The notes: generated by a model not told the origin, from the sequence alone. Positions 1 to 14,277 are shown, counted from the first letter of the stretch. The stretch: DNA of 64,000 nt from Eledone cirrhosa (GCA_964016885.1 OZ024759.1:25916001-25980000), one strand, 5' to 3'. Made by a program: numbers and translations.

Positions 1-820
1 CTGTTATGCCTGCATTTTATTGCGGGTTTTACTGGAACATTCCACCAGTACTCTTTCATATTATGTATATGTATGTCTTCCACATTGCTGTAGCTTTTAA
101 TGTGTTTATTAACGGGGCTATCTTTACTACAGATTGCATTGTACAGTGTTTGGCCACTACATTATGCTTCATAGGTAGATAGTACCGCGATGACATCTTT
201 GGACACCTGCTTATGACATAGGTAACATCTTCGATGTTAATTCTGAAGAGTCTGCACTTGTTATCACATCTAGGTGTTTTGCCTGCATCCCTATCTCTTT
301 GGTGAATCAGGTATTTCGTGTTGATTTCCTGTTCTTGGACTGCAAAAGCGTATCCTTCAAAGTGGGAGCCAATATAGCGGTTGTTGGTTCAAGATAGATT
401 ACTTTCTTTATTTATATTACTCTCACTCTGGAGCTTCCTGGCAACATATCCATGCATGATTTTTTGCTGATAAACATGCAGTTGTTCATCCATGGATTCA
501 CTGCGATACTGCTGAGCAACTTCCCTCGGTGTGAGTTTTTGATTATCACACAGGGAATACCTCCCGAGGAGTTCCTTCCCAACTCTCATGATCTTATCTG
601 TTTCATGCAGATAGACTTGCTTTGAGGTTTGTAGATGTTGTCGGAGGGATAGGATGCGACATTCAAATGGTATCTGGACTGATGTTAGGCCTCTGCCTCC
701 CTGCTTACGTTTGAAGTAAAGGCGGTCTATGTCACTGTTTATGTGGAAGATTCCGGTGTTGTTTAGTCTTTTTCGAGTTCTAACATCAATCGCTCGGAGT
801 TCGTCTATCGTCCAATTGAG
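1..820 (-). mobile_element. Decayed, 5'-truncated R4/Dong-clade (RLE-type) non-LTR retrotransposon fragment (post-RT region and zinc knuckle)
   Basis: Manual minus-strand translation from 820: LNWTIDELRAIDVRTRKRLNNTGIFHINSDIDRLYFKRKQGGRGL...SNLS*TNNRYIGSHFEGYAFAVQEQEINTKYL...CDNKCRLFRINIEDVTYVISRCPKMSSRYYLPMKHNVVAK. The RLYxxRxxGGRGL, EGxxxAxQEQ and CxxC-H-C/RHNxVA motifs are typical of R4/Dong elements. In-frame TGA at 389-391 and a degenerate knuckle show it is dead. It runs off the window start. Confidence 0.85.
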
Positions 821-857
821 TATTATGTATGTATGTATACATGTATGTATATATGTG

Positions 858-932
<75 letters not shown>

Positions 933-1421
933 AAAACAATCTTTTTCCTCTCTACTATTTTTTATATAAATCAACTCGTGTGTTACTTTTCTACATTCCA
1001 ACTCGTGTGTTACTTTTCTATATATATATATGTTAACATACATGTAAATGTATATGTACACATACATATTTATATGCATACTACATCATATAGATATGTA
1101 TACATGTATGAATGTGCATGCTTAAATATATATATATATTTATATGTATATAGAGAGAGAAAGAGGGAGAGAAAAAGAGGGAGAGAGATAAGCAGAATAT
1201 TTAGTTAATAAGTCAATCAATTATTTACTACGTTAATAAATAATGAGCCAATATGGCGGCTGTTAATGATTGTTGTATTTAAACTGTAAATACGAACTAT
1301 ATAATAAAGACCAGCACCATCTTTGTATCTGCTATTGGTGTCACGAGTACACACATGTGTCTATGTATGTGCATACAGACACACACACACACACACATAT
1401 ATTTGTAGAGACAGGAAAAGA

Positions 1422-1497
<76 letters not shown>

Positions 1498-1704
1498 AAG
1501 AGAGAGATGTATATATATATATAGAGAGAGAAAGAGAGTGAGATGTATATATATATATATATGTCTGTGTGTGCAAGCATATACTTGTATATATACATAT
1601 AATATGCATATACATAATTATGTATGTTCATACATAGGCAAGTATGTATATATTAGTATGTATATAATTGTACAAAAATACATACACACGCATATGTACA
1701 TATG

Positions 1705-1747
<43 letters not shown>

Positions 1748-2179
1748 GTGTGTGTGTGTGTGTTTTACTAATATATCATTAGAATTTGAGGAAAAGTGGG
1801 TATGAAACATGGTAGAGGTGTGGTTATGAGATCAAACAGACGATATACACAATTTGATGTAGGATTAGTTGAGGAATTATGGTAGAATATGTGAGATTGT
1901 ACCATAACAACTGCGACAACAACAACCACAACAGTAGTAGTAGTAGTAGTAGTAGTAGTAACAGCAGCAGCAGTAATATTAACAACAGACATATTATTAA
2001 CAACAGTTTCCACAGCGGCAGAAGTAGTAATAACCACAACAGCAAGCTCAGCAACCAGAACAGCATCAACCACAACCACAACAGCATCAACAACAACCAC
2101 GACACCAACATTAACAAATAACACCTCCAGCAACAACAAAAATGAGGTCGGAGTGACTGTGACAAGAGAAGTAAGCACG

Positions 2180-2660
2180 AGCGTATGTGTATAAGATTAA
2201 AGAAATTGGGGACAGGAGTTGAGTCCATTGCAGAAACTGATCCCAAGGTGATCATACTCTGATCATACTCTGATCAGTCCTGGCGCCCGAGGCCTGCGAA
2301 CCGTGATGTAAAAGGATACCAAGAAAAGACGGAAGAGTGGCCTGGGAAAGGAAATGATGAGCTACTGGGAGTATCCATACTGAGTAGTATTTCCCGCAAA
2401 TGTTCAGCAAAACGGTCTGCCCGATGCCGACCTGTTTGTCCGATGTATAAGGACCTGCGAAGGGACATCGGTAGGCATAGACTACGTGGGTGGATGTGCA
2501 GGTGAAGGAGTGGCGGATACAGAATGAATGTGAGAGTGGTGGGGTTAGAAATGAAAGAACAGGTGTTACAGTGGGGACGAGAACAGAGACGAGAGCCGGG
2601 TGGAGTCCCAGGAGAGAAAGGGAAGGAACTGCGTACCAGAAGGTATACATTTTCTTCATA
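2180..2660 (-). mobile_element. Penelope-like element fragment, frameshifted GIY-YIG endonuclease
   Basis: ORFs 2252-2659 and 2274-2678 join by frameshifts into HSFTCTSTHVVYAYRCP / SLYIGQTGRHRADRFAEHLREI / PVAHHF, the VVY..C..YIGQTGR..RF.EH..PVA.HF signature of PLE GIY-YIG domains. An 11-bp tandem duplication (gatcatactct) lies near 2250-2272. Confidence 0.85.
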
Positions 2661-2689
2661 AAGATACATTGACCTCATGTATAACTACG

Positions 2690-3159
2690 CGAAGTATCGT
2701 GTACTCTGGTGGGCAATGGTCTAACTGGTTTTTACCGCCTCCATTCTGATATATAGAGTACACGATATACAGAGTACACCATACTTGGAGTAGTTATCAT
2801 TTATTTTTTATCATTTATTTTGTTTTTTTACCTGTTTAGCTCGATTTGCTTTTTGGCTTAGATGGTTAATGCTTTCTTGACCACTTTTTCAGTTTTGTAT
2901 GGCTTCTTAACACATTGTTTAGCTCTGGTTTTTAACTATTGAGTACTTTGCCAGTGTCATCTCTGATTTCTGCGTTTCGTTTCGCCTTTCCTACCCGCCG
3001 AAATGCGATTCTCGCTGAATCTATATTTGTGTATATATATATATATATATATATTGTTATACTTTGGGAGGGTCATGTTTGAGGGTCCAAAGTATAACAA
3101 TATCGGTTTCAACACACGATTTCAGATAAAGAATCTTGCTAAACAAATTCAGAAACGAA

Positions 3160-3206
<47 letters not shown>

Positions 3207-3300
3207 GGAATATCTATGACCTACCCATTCTACTACCCTAAGTATTGAGTACTCTAGTGCGTTATAGTCCATCTGGTTCCTTACCACAACTCCTTCGTTA
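2690..3300. repeat. Dispersed repeat, two copies (about 2695-2745 and 3220-3300); third copy at 13097-13175
   Basis: Shared motif ctactaccctaa.tat.gagta.tct.gtgcgttat.gtcca.ctgg.tccttaccaca..tcc, each ending at or near a TA-rich tract. It lies next to the PLE fragment and HHR cassettes, so it is probably PLE terminal-repeat sequence (inference). Confidence 0.65.
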
Positions 3301-3401
3301 TATATATATATATAGTAATAATAATAAATTTGAAGACTAAAATCCAAAAGAGGGCTCGATAAGGATAAATATATATCAAATATATAAGAACCGTAGAGCA
3401 A

Positions 3402-3537
3402 ATATTTATTAAAATAACAGATTAAAGTTTAAGCAAAGAATCGCTGCTTTCACCCTTAACGGATCTTCAGAAGATCCCGTTAAGGGTGAAAGCAGCGATT
3501 CTTTGCTTAAACTTTAATCTGTTATTCTAATAAATAT
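3402..3537. repeat. Near-perfect palindrome (67/68-bp arms, 1-nt loop) centred on a hammerhead-like core
   Basis: Arms differ by one substitution and one indel; centre at 3469. The minus strand reads CTGAAGA-TCCGTTAAGGGT-GAAA across the pivot. Confidence 0.9.
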
Positions 3538-3620
3538 ATATATATATGTATATGTGTGTGTGTGTGTGGTTACACAACAGTTAGTTCACCGGTTGTCCTT
3601 CCTGTTCCGTATAACCATGT

Positions 3621-3670
3621 CCATTACGAGATGAGGATCCGCTAAGGTGAAACAATTGTTCTCGGTATGG
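3621..3670 (+). ncRNA. Degenerate type I hammerhead ribozyme inside a 25-bp inverted repeat (3566-3590 / 3669-3693)
   Basis: ccattacgag (stem I) - aTGAGGA (CUGANGA with C>A) - tccgctaaggt (stem II) - GAAA - caattg - TT - ctcggtatgg (stem I', 8/10 complementary). Stem III ACAATTGT is palindromic. Confidence 0.6.
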
Positions 3671-3762
3671 TGAACTAGCTGTTGTGTAACCACTTCTACC
3701 TAACTCGTCCCATGGACTGAGTGCTCTACCACTACGGATATTACCTTCAAGTGTTCTACCAC

Positions 3763-3764
<2 letters not shown>

Positions 3765-3794
<30 letters not shown>

Positions 3795-3831
3795 ATATAT
3801 TATATTATATATATATATATTATATTATATA

Positions 3832-3869
<38 letters not shown>

Positions 3870-4105
3870 CATATATATATATACATATATTATATATATA
3901 TATATATTATATATATATATAATATATATTATATATATATATATTATATATATATATATTATATATATATATATTATATATATATATATATACATATATT
4001 ATATATATATATATTATATATATATATAATATATATTATATATATATATTATATATATTATATATATATATATACATATATTATATATATATATTATATA
4101 TACAT
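3765..4105. repeat. Interrupted (TA)n microsatellite; representative of dozens, e.g. 8858-9290, 9780-10340, 37035-37320, 46400-47120, 53565-54270
   Basis: Direct reading; these tracts generate the YI-repeat ORFs. Confidence 0.98.
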
Positions 4106-4247
4106 ATGTGTGTATGCATGTTCAAAGAAAAATACAGAGCAAATAATAATGCATTCCATCAACAACAACATCAACATTGTACATTAACAAGGCGATAAAC
4201 AGCTAAATAAACATAACCTAATATATGAAAGTCGAACTATACTGAAG

Positions 4248-5757
4248 TGGTGGTTATGGTGGTGGTGTTGGAGGTGGTGGTGGTGGATATGGTAGTGCTT
4301 GTGGTAGTGGTGTGGTAGGGCTTGTGGTAGTGGTGTGGTAGGGCTTGTGGTAGTGGTGTGGTAGTGGTGTGGTAGTGGTTGTAGAGGTGTTCCTTCTGGA
4401 GTTAGTGGCTAGTGCGATGTTGTTCTATCTGTGGTGGAGGTGCGGTGGAGTTGTGGTAGCGGTACTGGTGCTATCTTTATTGTGATGGTGGTGGTAGTGG
4501 TGGTGGTGGTGGTGGTGGTGATGGTAGTGCTGGTGAGGTGTGGCAGTGGTGGTGGTGGTGGTGGTGGTGGTGGTAGTGCTGGTGAGATGTGGCGGTGGTG
4601 GTGGTAGTGCTGGTGAGATGTGGCGGTGGTGGCGGTAGTGCTGGTGAGGTGTGGTGGTGGTGGTGGTGGCGGTAGTGCTGGTGAGGTGTGGTGGTGGTGG
4701 TGGTGGTGGTAGTGCTGGTGATGTGTGGCGGTGGTGGTGATGGTAGTGCTGGTGAGGTGTGGCGGTGGTGGTGATGGTAGTGCTGGTGAGGTGTGGCGGT
4801 GGTGGTGATGGTAGTGCTGGTGAGGTGTGGCGGTGGTGGTGATGGTAGTGCTGGTGAGGTGTGACGGTGGTGGTGATGGTAGTGCTGGCGAGGTGTGGAG
4901 GTGGTGGTGGTAGTGTTGGTGAGGTGTGGCGGTGGTGGTAGTGCTGCTGAGGTGTGGCGGTGGTGAGGTGTGGTGGTCGTGGTGGTGGTGGTGGTAGTGC
5001 TGGTGAGGTGTGGCGGTGGTGGTAGTGCTGGTGAGGTGTGGCGGTGGTGGTAGTGCTGGTGAGGTGTGGTGGTCGTGGTGGTGGTGGTGAGTGGTGGTGG
5101 TGGTGGTAGTGCTGGTGATGTGTGGCGGTGGTGGTGATGGTAGTGCTGGTGAGGTGTGGCGGTGGTGGTGGTGATGGTAGTGCTGGTGATGTGTGGCGGT
5201 GGTGGTGATGGTAGTGCTGGTGAGGTGTGGCGGTGGTGGTGATGGTAGTGCTGGCGAGGTGTGGAGGTGGTGGTGGTAGTGCTGGTGAGGTGTGGCGGTG
5301 GTGGTAGTGCTGGTGAGGTGTGGCGGTGGTGGTGGTGGTGGTGGTGGTAGTGCTGGTGAGGTGTGGCGGTGGTGGTAGTGCTGGTGAGGTGTGCTGGTCG
5401 TGGTGGTGGTGGTGAGTGGTGGCGGTGGTGAGGTGTGGTGGTCGTGGTGGTGGTGGTGGTAGTGCTGGTGAGGTGTGGCGGTGGTGGTAGTGCTGGTGAG
5501 ATGTGGCGGTGGTGGTGGTAGTGCTGGTGAGGTGTGGTGGTCGTGGTGGTGGTGGTGAGTGGTGGCGGTGGTGAGGTGTGGTGGTCGTGGTGGTGGTGGT
5601 GGTAGTGCTGGTGAGGTGTGGCGGTGGTGGTAGTGCTGGTGAGATGTGGCGGTGGTGGTGGTAGTGCTGGTGAGGTGTGGTGGTCGTGGTGGTGGTGGTG
5701 AGTGGTGGCGGTGGTGGTGGTGGTGGTGATGGTGAGGTGTGACGGTGGTGGTGGAGG
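4248..5757. repeat. GGT-rich minisatellite, about 27-39-bp unit (ggt)n-agtgctggtgaggtgtggc
   Basis: The unit recurs dozens of times from about 4520 to 5740 with a variable number of GGT triplets. Confidence 0.95.
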
Positions 5758-5987
5758 GATGTTATAATATCACTTTATATTATTTAATAATACATATCTC
5801 TTACACCTTCAATGTACTTTGGAAATATGGAATTAATATTATATAATATATAATATTAATATAAATATATATATATTTATACATATATATTATATAAATA
5901 TATATATATTTATACATATATATTATATATATTATATATTTCTATTTCTCTAATATACGTATATATAAATCTATGAGTGTGTGTATG

Positions 5988-6020
<33 letters not shown>

Positions 6021-6123
6021 ATATATATATATATATATATAAATATATATATATACTATATGTTTGTGTGTACATATACATATATACATATATACATATA
6101 TACACACACAGGTACACACACAC

Positions 6124-6235
<112 letters not shown>

Positions 6236-7139
6236 ACACACACACACACACGTGTATGCCTATATATATATATATCACATACTTTTATTTCTATATGTAT
6301 GTAATATACATTATATAATGTATATAAGTCTGTTTCAATCGCCTTAATCTACGTGAAAACAAATCTTTACACCAATTGGAAACGGAATGTTGTTAGGAAT
6401 TAGGGTGGGGTGTTTGTGGCGGTAATAGCATGTCACCTTGGAGGGGAGGGGTGATGTACGGCTGTGGTGGTGGTGGTGGCGGGGATGATGTAACGATGGT
6501 GGCGGTGACGCTATAGTGGTTATAGTTGAGGTGATCTAGGGTGTTCTGGTGGTGTAACGGTTGTTGTGATTGCAGTACAGTGTTTGTGGTGAGGGTGGTG
6601 ATGATAGTGGTATAGTGTTGGTGGTGGTATAGTAGTGGTGGTATAGTGATGGTGGTATAGTAGTTGTGCTGATGTGAATATAGTGTGTGGTGAGGTTTGT
6701 GGTGGTAGTGGTACAGTTTTGGTGGTGGTACAGTGTTGTTGTTGGTGGTCGTCGTCGTCGTTGTATAGCGTTGGTGATGGTCGTGGTATAGTGTTGGTGG
6801 GGGTAGTATGGTGTTGGTGGTGGTGGTATAGTGTTGGTGATGATCGTGATATAGTGTTGGTGACTGTGATGGTATAGTGTTGGTGGCTGTGGTGGTGTAG
6901 TGTTGTTGTTGGTGGTGGTGGTGGTTTAGTGGTTATGATTTTATAGTGTTTGTGTTGAGGGTGGTGATGATATATTGATGGTGTTGGTGATGGTATGGTT
7001 GTGGTGATGTTAGCATACTGTTGTTAGCGATGATGGTGATGTAGTGATGGTGTATTGATGGTGGTGGTAAGCATTACTACTGGTTGGTGGAATACTGTTG
7101 TTGTGATGATAGTAGTGGTGGATGTCGTAGTGCGTGTTG

Positions 7140-7735
7140 GTAGTAGTATAATAGTGGTGGTGGGTGTTGATAATGTATTTAGTAGTATTGCTGGTGTAGT
7201 GGTGGTGGTGGTGGTAATGGTGTTATAGTGTTGGTAGTGGTGGTATGTGTTGATAATTTATTTAGTAGCATTGCTGGTGTAGTGGTGCTGGTATATTGGT
7301 GGTGGTGGTGATGGTGGTGGTGGTGGTGGTGTTATAGTGTTGGTAGTGGTGGTATGTGTTGATAATGTATTTAGTAGTATTGCTGGTGTAGTGGTGGTGG
7401 TGGTGGTAGTGGTGTTATAGTGTTGGTAGTGGTGGTATGTGTTGATAATGTCTTTAGTAGTATCGCTGGTGTAATGGTGCTCTTATATTAGTGGTGGTGG
7501 TGGTGATGGTGCTGGTGGTGGTGTTAGAGTGTTGGTAGTGGTGGTATGTGTTGATAATTTATTTAGTAGCATTGCTGGTGTAGTGGTGCTGGTATATTGG
7601 TTGTGGTTGTGATGGTGGTGGTGGTGTTATAGTGTTGGTAGTGGTGGTATGTGTTGATAATGTATTTAGTAGTATTGCTGGTGTAGTGGTGCTGGTATAT
7701 TAGTGGTGTTGGTGGTGGTGGTGGTGGTATAGAGT
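7140..7735. repeat. Minisatellite with about six copies of a 60-bp core separated by (GGT)n
   Basis: Core gttatagtgttggtagtggtggtatgtgttgataatgtatttagtagtattgctggtgtag recurs; gttgataat is seen at about 7166, 7249, 7358, 7441, 7550 and 7653. Confidence 0.9.
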
Positions 7736-8967
7736 TCGAAGTGGTGTAGTAGTGGTGGAGGTGGTGGTGGTGTGGTGTCAGAATTTAATATGGTAATGTT
7801 TGAACATAGTGTCGGTTCTCATATTAGATAGAATATGTGATGGTTATGGTGGTGGTGGTGGTGGTGGTGTTATTGGGAGGATGGAGGGTTCAAGGAGGTG
7901 GTGGTGGGGGTTGGGGGTGGAGATGATGTTTGGTTGTAGGGAAAGGTGATTGTGTGAGATGGAGTGTGTAATGAGAGGTGGTGGGTGTTGAGAAGTGACA
8001 GTGGAAGGTGGTGGTGGTGGTGGTGTGAGGTGGTGTGTGATGGAAGGTGGTGGTGGTGGTGGTGTGAGGTGATGTGTGATGGAAGGTGGATGTGAGAGAT
8101 GGTGGTGGTGGTGGTGTGAGGTGGTGTATGATGGAAGGTGGTGGGTGCTGGTGGGAGGTGAAAGTGGATGGTGGTGGTGGTGGTGCTAGAAGTTGGTGCG
8201 AGGTGGTGGTGTGTTGGAAGCTGGATGTGATGGTGTGTACTGGAAGTTTATAGTGAGAGATCGTGGTGTCGGTGTGAGGAGGTGTATGATGGAAGGTAGT
8301 GGTGGTTGTGTGAAGAAATGTGTGATGTAGTGGTGGTGGTAGTGTGAGGAGATGTGTGATGGAAGGTACTCGTCTAAGATGGCGTCAATGGTGGTGGGTG
8401 TAAAGTGGGGCTGTGTGGGAAGAGGTGGGGACCGGTGTAAACAGACAAAATATATACAAATAATCTATATATAAATCTGAGAGACTTCCGTCCGTCCTGC
8501 AGTGTGTGTTTATGTTTATGTGAATGTATGTGTGTGTAAAAGGAAGGAAGGAAGGGGATGGTGAAAAAACTATAGCAAAACAGCGACTGGCGTTCCATTT
8601 GCTACGCTGTGTGTGAGTGTATGTGTATGTCTGTATTTGTGTAAATGTAGGTGTGTGTGTGTGTGAGAGTTTGTGTGAATGGTACGTGTGTGAGTGTTTG
8701 TGTAAATGAATGTGTGTGAGTGTTTGTATAAATGTATGTGAGTGTGTTTGTTTAAATGCATGTGTGTGAGTGTTTGTTTGGGTGAATATATGTGTGTATT
8801 TGTGTGAATGTATGTCTGTGAGTTTGTATTTTTGAAAGTGTGTCTGTGTTTGCGCGTTTATATATATATATATATATATAATTATATATACATAAATATA
8901 TATATATATATATACATATATAAATACATATATATATACATAAATATATATATATATACATAAATAT

Positions 8968-8998
<31 letters not shown>

Positions 8999-9113
8999 AT
9001 TATATATATATATATTTATGTATATATATATATATACATATAATTATATATATATATGTATATATATATAATTATATATATACATATATATGTATATATA
9101 TATATAATTATAT

Positions 9114-9146
<33 letters not shown>

Positions 9147-9792
9147 TATAAAAATATATATTCATATATATTTCTATATATCTATACATATATATATATA
9201 TATGTATATATATATGTATACCTACATACATATATACATATATACATATATACATATATATATGTATATATGTATATATTATACCTATTATAAATGAATG
9301 CATATGCACGTACATACACACACACACACATACACACACATACACACGCACACACACATATATACACATACACGTCACCGTGTTGAAAAAAAGAACATAT
9401 ACAAACAATTCAATAAAGCACAGCAACGTCTCTTGCCAAACACAGATTTAATTCCAAACAAATACCACTTTTCATTTCTAACTTATCCTAACACAATATC
9501 TTTATTTATCTTCAGATTGCTTTACATTGATTTCGCTTTTATATTCTTGGTATTATTACCCCTGTTATATTTATTATCGTTATTGTTATTACTAATGTTG
9601 TAATTGTTGTTGTTGTTGTTGTTGTTTGTTGTTGTTTGTAATGGTGTTGGAGGTGTTGTTATTGTTGTAGTTGTCGTCGTTTTCAAATGATGATGTTTCT
9701 CTCCTCCGCACACCCTTTCCACTCTATATCGAAAATGCTGGATGCTCAGTTGAGAGAAGCATGTACATGTTATGCCTAATATATACATATAT

Positions 9793-9877
<85 letters not shown>

Positions 9878-9908
9878 ATATGTATGTATATAGATATGTA
9901 TATATGTA

Positions 9909-10025
<117 letters not shown>

Positions 10026-10026
10026 T

Positions 10027-10097
<71 letters not shown>

Positions 10098-10186
10098 ATA
10101 TTTATATATATTTATATATATATATATATTTATATATATTTATATATATATATATTTATATATATATATATATTTATATATATTTA

Positions 10187-10217
<31 letters not shown>

Positions 10218-10261
10218 TATATATATATTTATATATATATTTATATATATATTTATATATA

Positions 10262-10341
<80 letters not shown>

Positions 10342-10765
10342 TACATACATGTATTCATACATAGCGTGTATGATTTATATTGCATTCAAATGTATATTGT
10401 GTACGTATTTTGCAAGACAATGGCCCTCATGTATGTATATTAAGGTTTCAGTGTATTATTCACACAAACAGTGTTTGTGGTATTTGGTGTTGTTGGTGGG
10501 GGTTCTTTTCGAAAATAGTAGTGTGGTTGGTAGTGTTTGTGGTGGTTTGGGTTTTGGTGGTCATGTCGGTAGTGATAACATTGTTATTTGTCGTTTTGGT
10601 GTTGTTGTTGGTGTGATATTGGTGGTGTTTCTGTGATGGAAGTGGTTGTGGTGGTGATGGTAGTTGCCTTAGTTCTGCTTCTGTTGGTGACGTTACAACA
10701 TCCTCAGCGGGATTAAAAACCGCGATATACAAGAACAAACAAATCCAACGATATATATATATATA

Positions 10766-10850
<85 letters not shown>

Positions 10851-10945
10851 ACAACAACAATATTAATAAAATAAAAACACTAGACTGACAAACATTAAGT
10901 TTGTCAGGAAAGGACACCTTTCTCTCCACAACAACGACAATAATG

Positions 10946-11002
<57 letters not shown>

Positions 11003-11305
11003 CACTCTAGGAACAATAAGCAAAATATCGATATTACATGAATAAATATCGAAATAATACATACAAATAATAATACATAAAATCGAAAAAGAAATTAATC
11101 ACAACAAAAGCAGTTATAATAATAATAATAATAATAATAGTAATAATAATAATAATAATAATCATAATCATTATTGGCCATAATAATAATGGTTCCATAT
11201 GTATCGAAATTCAAATAAATAAATGCATATATGTGTAATATATATATGTATGTATATGTATATATATATATACATACACACACATGTATTTATATATGTA
11301 TGTTC

Positions 11306-11386
<81 letters not shown>

Positions 11387-11857
11387 TGTATATATATATA
11401 TATATATGTGAGAGTGAGAGATATAAAGAAAGAGAGTGAGAGACAGAGATAGAGTGAGAGAGAGTGAGAGAGAGAGAGAGAGAGAAAATAGAGAGAGGGA
11501 AAGTCAAAACAAATTGGAGTTTGTGTAAAGTTTGCGAAGTTGTAATAGTGTCTGAAAAGATGTTTGCCGAGTGAAGAAACCTTTTATGTTACATTACTAC
11601 ACTTACATTAGCGACACTAACAACAACACGAACAACAACAATAACAACAGAAACATCTACAACATGAACAACAGCAACAACCAGGAGAAAACTGCAACAG
11701 CAGGGACAACAACACTAACAATTATAACAACATTCTAACAACATCAAAATAGAAATAAAACACACAAAACAAAACAACTGGAGGAAAAAATAACTATAGA
11801 AGAAGCTACATGAACAATAATAACAACAATATCAGCCCCACCACCACTACTACCAGC

Positions 11858-11859
<2 letters not shown>

Positions 11860-11894
<35 letters not shown>

Positions 11895-12222
11895 AGTCAA
11901 CAGCATAGCTTTCAACACCACCATCACTATCATCATCAACATCACCATCAGCACCAACACCACCACTACCATCGTCATAACCATCGTCATCATCATCATC
12001 ATTTTCACCATCACCATCACCATCATCGTCGTCATCATCGTCATCACCATGATCATCATCATCATCAACATCATAGTCATCAACATCACCTTCACTATCA
12101 TCATCATCATCATCAACATCACCATCACCACCAACACCAACACTACCACCGTCATAACCATCGTCAGCCTCATCATCACCATCGGCAACATCATCGTCAT
12201 CATCATCAACATCACCATCATC

Positions 12223-12261
<39 letters not shown>

Positions 12262-12480
12262 TTTATAATTTTCAGCATGAATATCACCGTCATCATCATC
12301 AACATAATCATCATCGTCATCATCATCATCAGCATCTTCATCACCATCATCATCATCACCATCTTCATCATCACCATCTTCCTCATCATCACCATCTTCA
12401 TCATCATCACCATCTTCCTCATCATCACCATCTTCATCATCATCACCATCATCATCATCAACATCATTATCATCAACACC
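11860..12480. repeat. Degenerate (CAT/CAC)n trinucleotide tract
   Basis: Direct reading; source of the poly-M and poly-I ORFs. Confidence 0.95.
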
Positions 12481-12493
12481 AAAATCTGTCTAT

Positions 12494-12677
12494 TGGCAGT
12501 ATCGGTAGAGAGTCGGACGCCATGCTTTGACGCATAGAGTTACGGCCCTTGCCATTCTGAGTTCAAATCCCGCCGAGGTTAACTTTGCCTTTCATCCTTA
12601 CGGGGTCGATAAAATAAAGTACCAGTAATGCACTGGGATAATTGCTGGCCTTGTGCCAAAAGTAGAAACAATTATTG
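12494..12677 (+). mobile_element. tRNA-derived SINE (Octopus-type)
   Basis: A-box-like tggcagtatcggtag and B-box gagttcaaatccc, then gaggttaactttgcctttcatccttacggggtcgataaaataaagtaccag...ggccttgtgccaaaagtagaaacaattat. Near-identical copy at 22571-22687; diverged copies at 22950-23112 (-), about 41430-41520, about 16430-16510 and about 15625-15720 (-). Confidence 0.85.
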
Positions 12678-12956
12678 TGTTGGATTGGCAGTAACGGGTA
12701 GAGGGTCCCATCGCTCCCCTCACTCTCTCTCACCATGTCTCTCACCACTCCCTCTCATCTCCCTCCTCCTCTCTCTCAGCTAGATAGAACCAAAGCTAGC
12801 CAGGAACTCAAATAAACGTAAAATATAAACTTATAATCCTGATCACTCCATAATGAGTTAAACATACGCATACTTTGAACTATATCCCCGGCAAAACAAT
12901 AACTGACCTGCGTCAGTTACTGGTATCATGATGACGGACACCATCAAGCTGCAGCC

Positions 12957-12986
<30 letters not shown>

Positions 12987-12991
<5 letters not shown>

Positions 12992-13096
12992 AAAAGAGTC
13001 AGGACCCCGACGGCTGAGCTCCGGCCGTTTCGTCAGCTAGATCTAGCTGTCGAAATGGCCGGAGCTCAGCCCTCGGGGTCCTGACTCTTTTCCTAT
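12987..13096. repeat. Loop-less palindrome, 55-bp arms, 3 mismatches, with a hammerhead 3' half in each arm
   Basis: Centre between 13041 and 13042 (cagctaga|tctagctg). The central hairpin is followed by GAAA-CGGCCG (minus arm) or GAAA-TGGCCG (plus arm). Confidence 0.9.
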
Positions 13097-13213
13097 TACC
13101 CACTCTACTACCCTAAATATCGAGTATTCTGGTGCGTTATGGTCCACCTGGGTCCTTACCACACTTCCTTGGTTATATATATATACACGCACACACGCAC
13201 ACACGCACACACG

Positions 13214-13247
<34 letters not shown>

Positions 13248-13251
13248 CATA

Positions 13252-13385
13252 ATTAAGGGACGATTTGTTATGTCTTCATTACGTTTTTTGATTTGTGACG
13301 CGCGTTTCGCTAAAGATCAGCCCAGGGTTCGATTTGTATCGATCTAGTCTGACTCTGGAATCAAAAAAGCTCGTCGACCCACTGC
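13252..13385 (-). ncRNA. Degenerate hammerhead-like motif with about 60-nt stem II insert (copy 1); homologous to 35335-35465
   Basis: Minus strand: gggt-CGACGA-gct...agc-GAAA-CGCGCG-TC-acaa. Palindromic stem III ACGCGCGT and GUC triplet; the core lacks the U of CUGANGA. Confidence 0.5.
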
Positions 13386-13740
13386 TGTGGTAATGACACG
13401 CGTTAGTTTATATGTTTTTCACGCTAGTGGTCTTATACCCCCTGTAAATGAAAACACACTCTCCTGTGTTTTTCCTCTCTATATTATATTTTGAAGTGAC
13501 CAGGGAAATTTTTTCCTTTGAGCTCATAAAATTACAGGGTTATTCGCGAGTCCTTTACTCCGTTTCTTTACTTGATATATATATATAATGTTTATCTTCT
13601 GGTATGTATTTAGATCTATATATACATCCTTAGTCGAAGATAGACATACTTGCATATATATATATATTTATATATATATGTATGTGTGTGAGAGAGATAG
13701 AGAGATAGTAGTGTGTGTTTGTGCTGTATATATGTTTATA

Positions 13741-13777
<37 letters not shown>

Positions 13778-14277
13778 TCGTTTATGCTGTACTAAAATTC
13801 GTATATATATATATATATATACATACATACATAAATATATATACACACACAGAAATACAACCACTCACACAACCACATATACATACATATATACATTTGC
13901 TAAGTTCATCTGAAGACGACGACCACCATCGTGCTAACCGTGTAACAAACCAGCCCGCCTGCTGAATTCTGCTCGCATCTATCAGCATACAATAGCCAGC
14001 TAGCTATAAAAATACGCCCCGCTGCTCAGAGTGTCGCTTTCACTTAAGTTGTGATTACGAGGACTATGAAAGCCATACATATTGTGCCTCTAACCGTTAA
14101 ATTAATAGACATGTGTAGTAAGCAATTGCTGGGAAAAATGGAGACGTAGAAGTAGTAATAGAGTTGTAGGACCACTTCAAGCCTCGTTCCCACTCACAAC
14201 CTGCTGCTAGCGAGGCCGCCATATTTGTCGTCTGCTTTAACACCGTGTTGTCACACTTATTATATCACATCTGTCTG

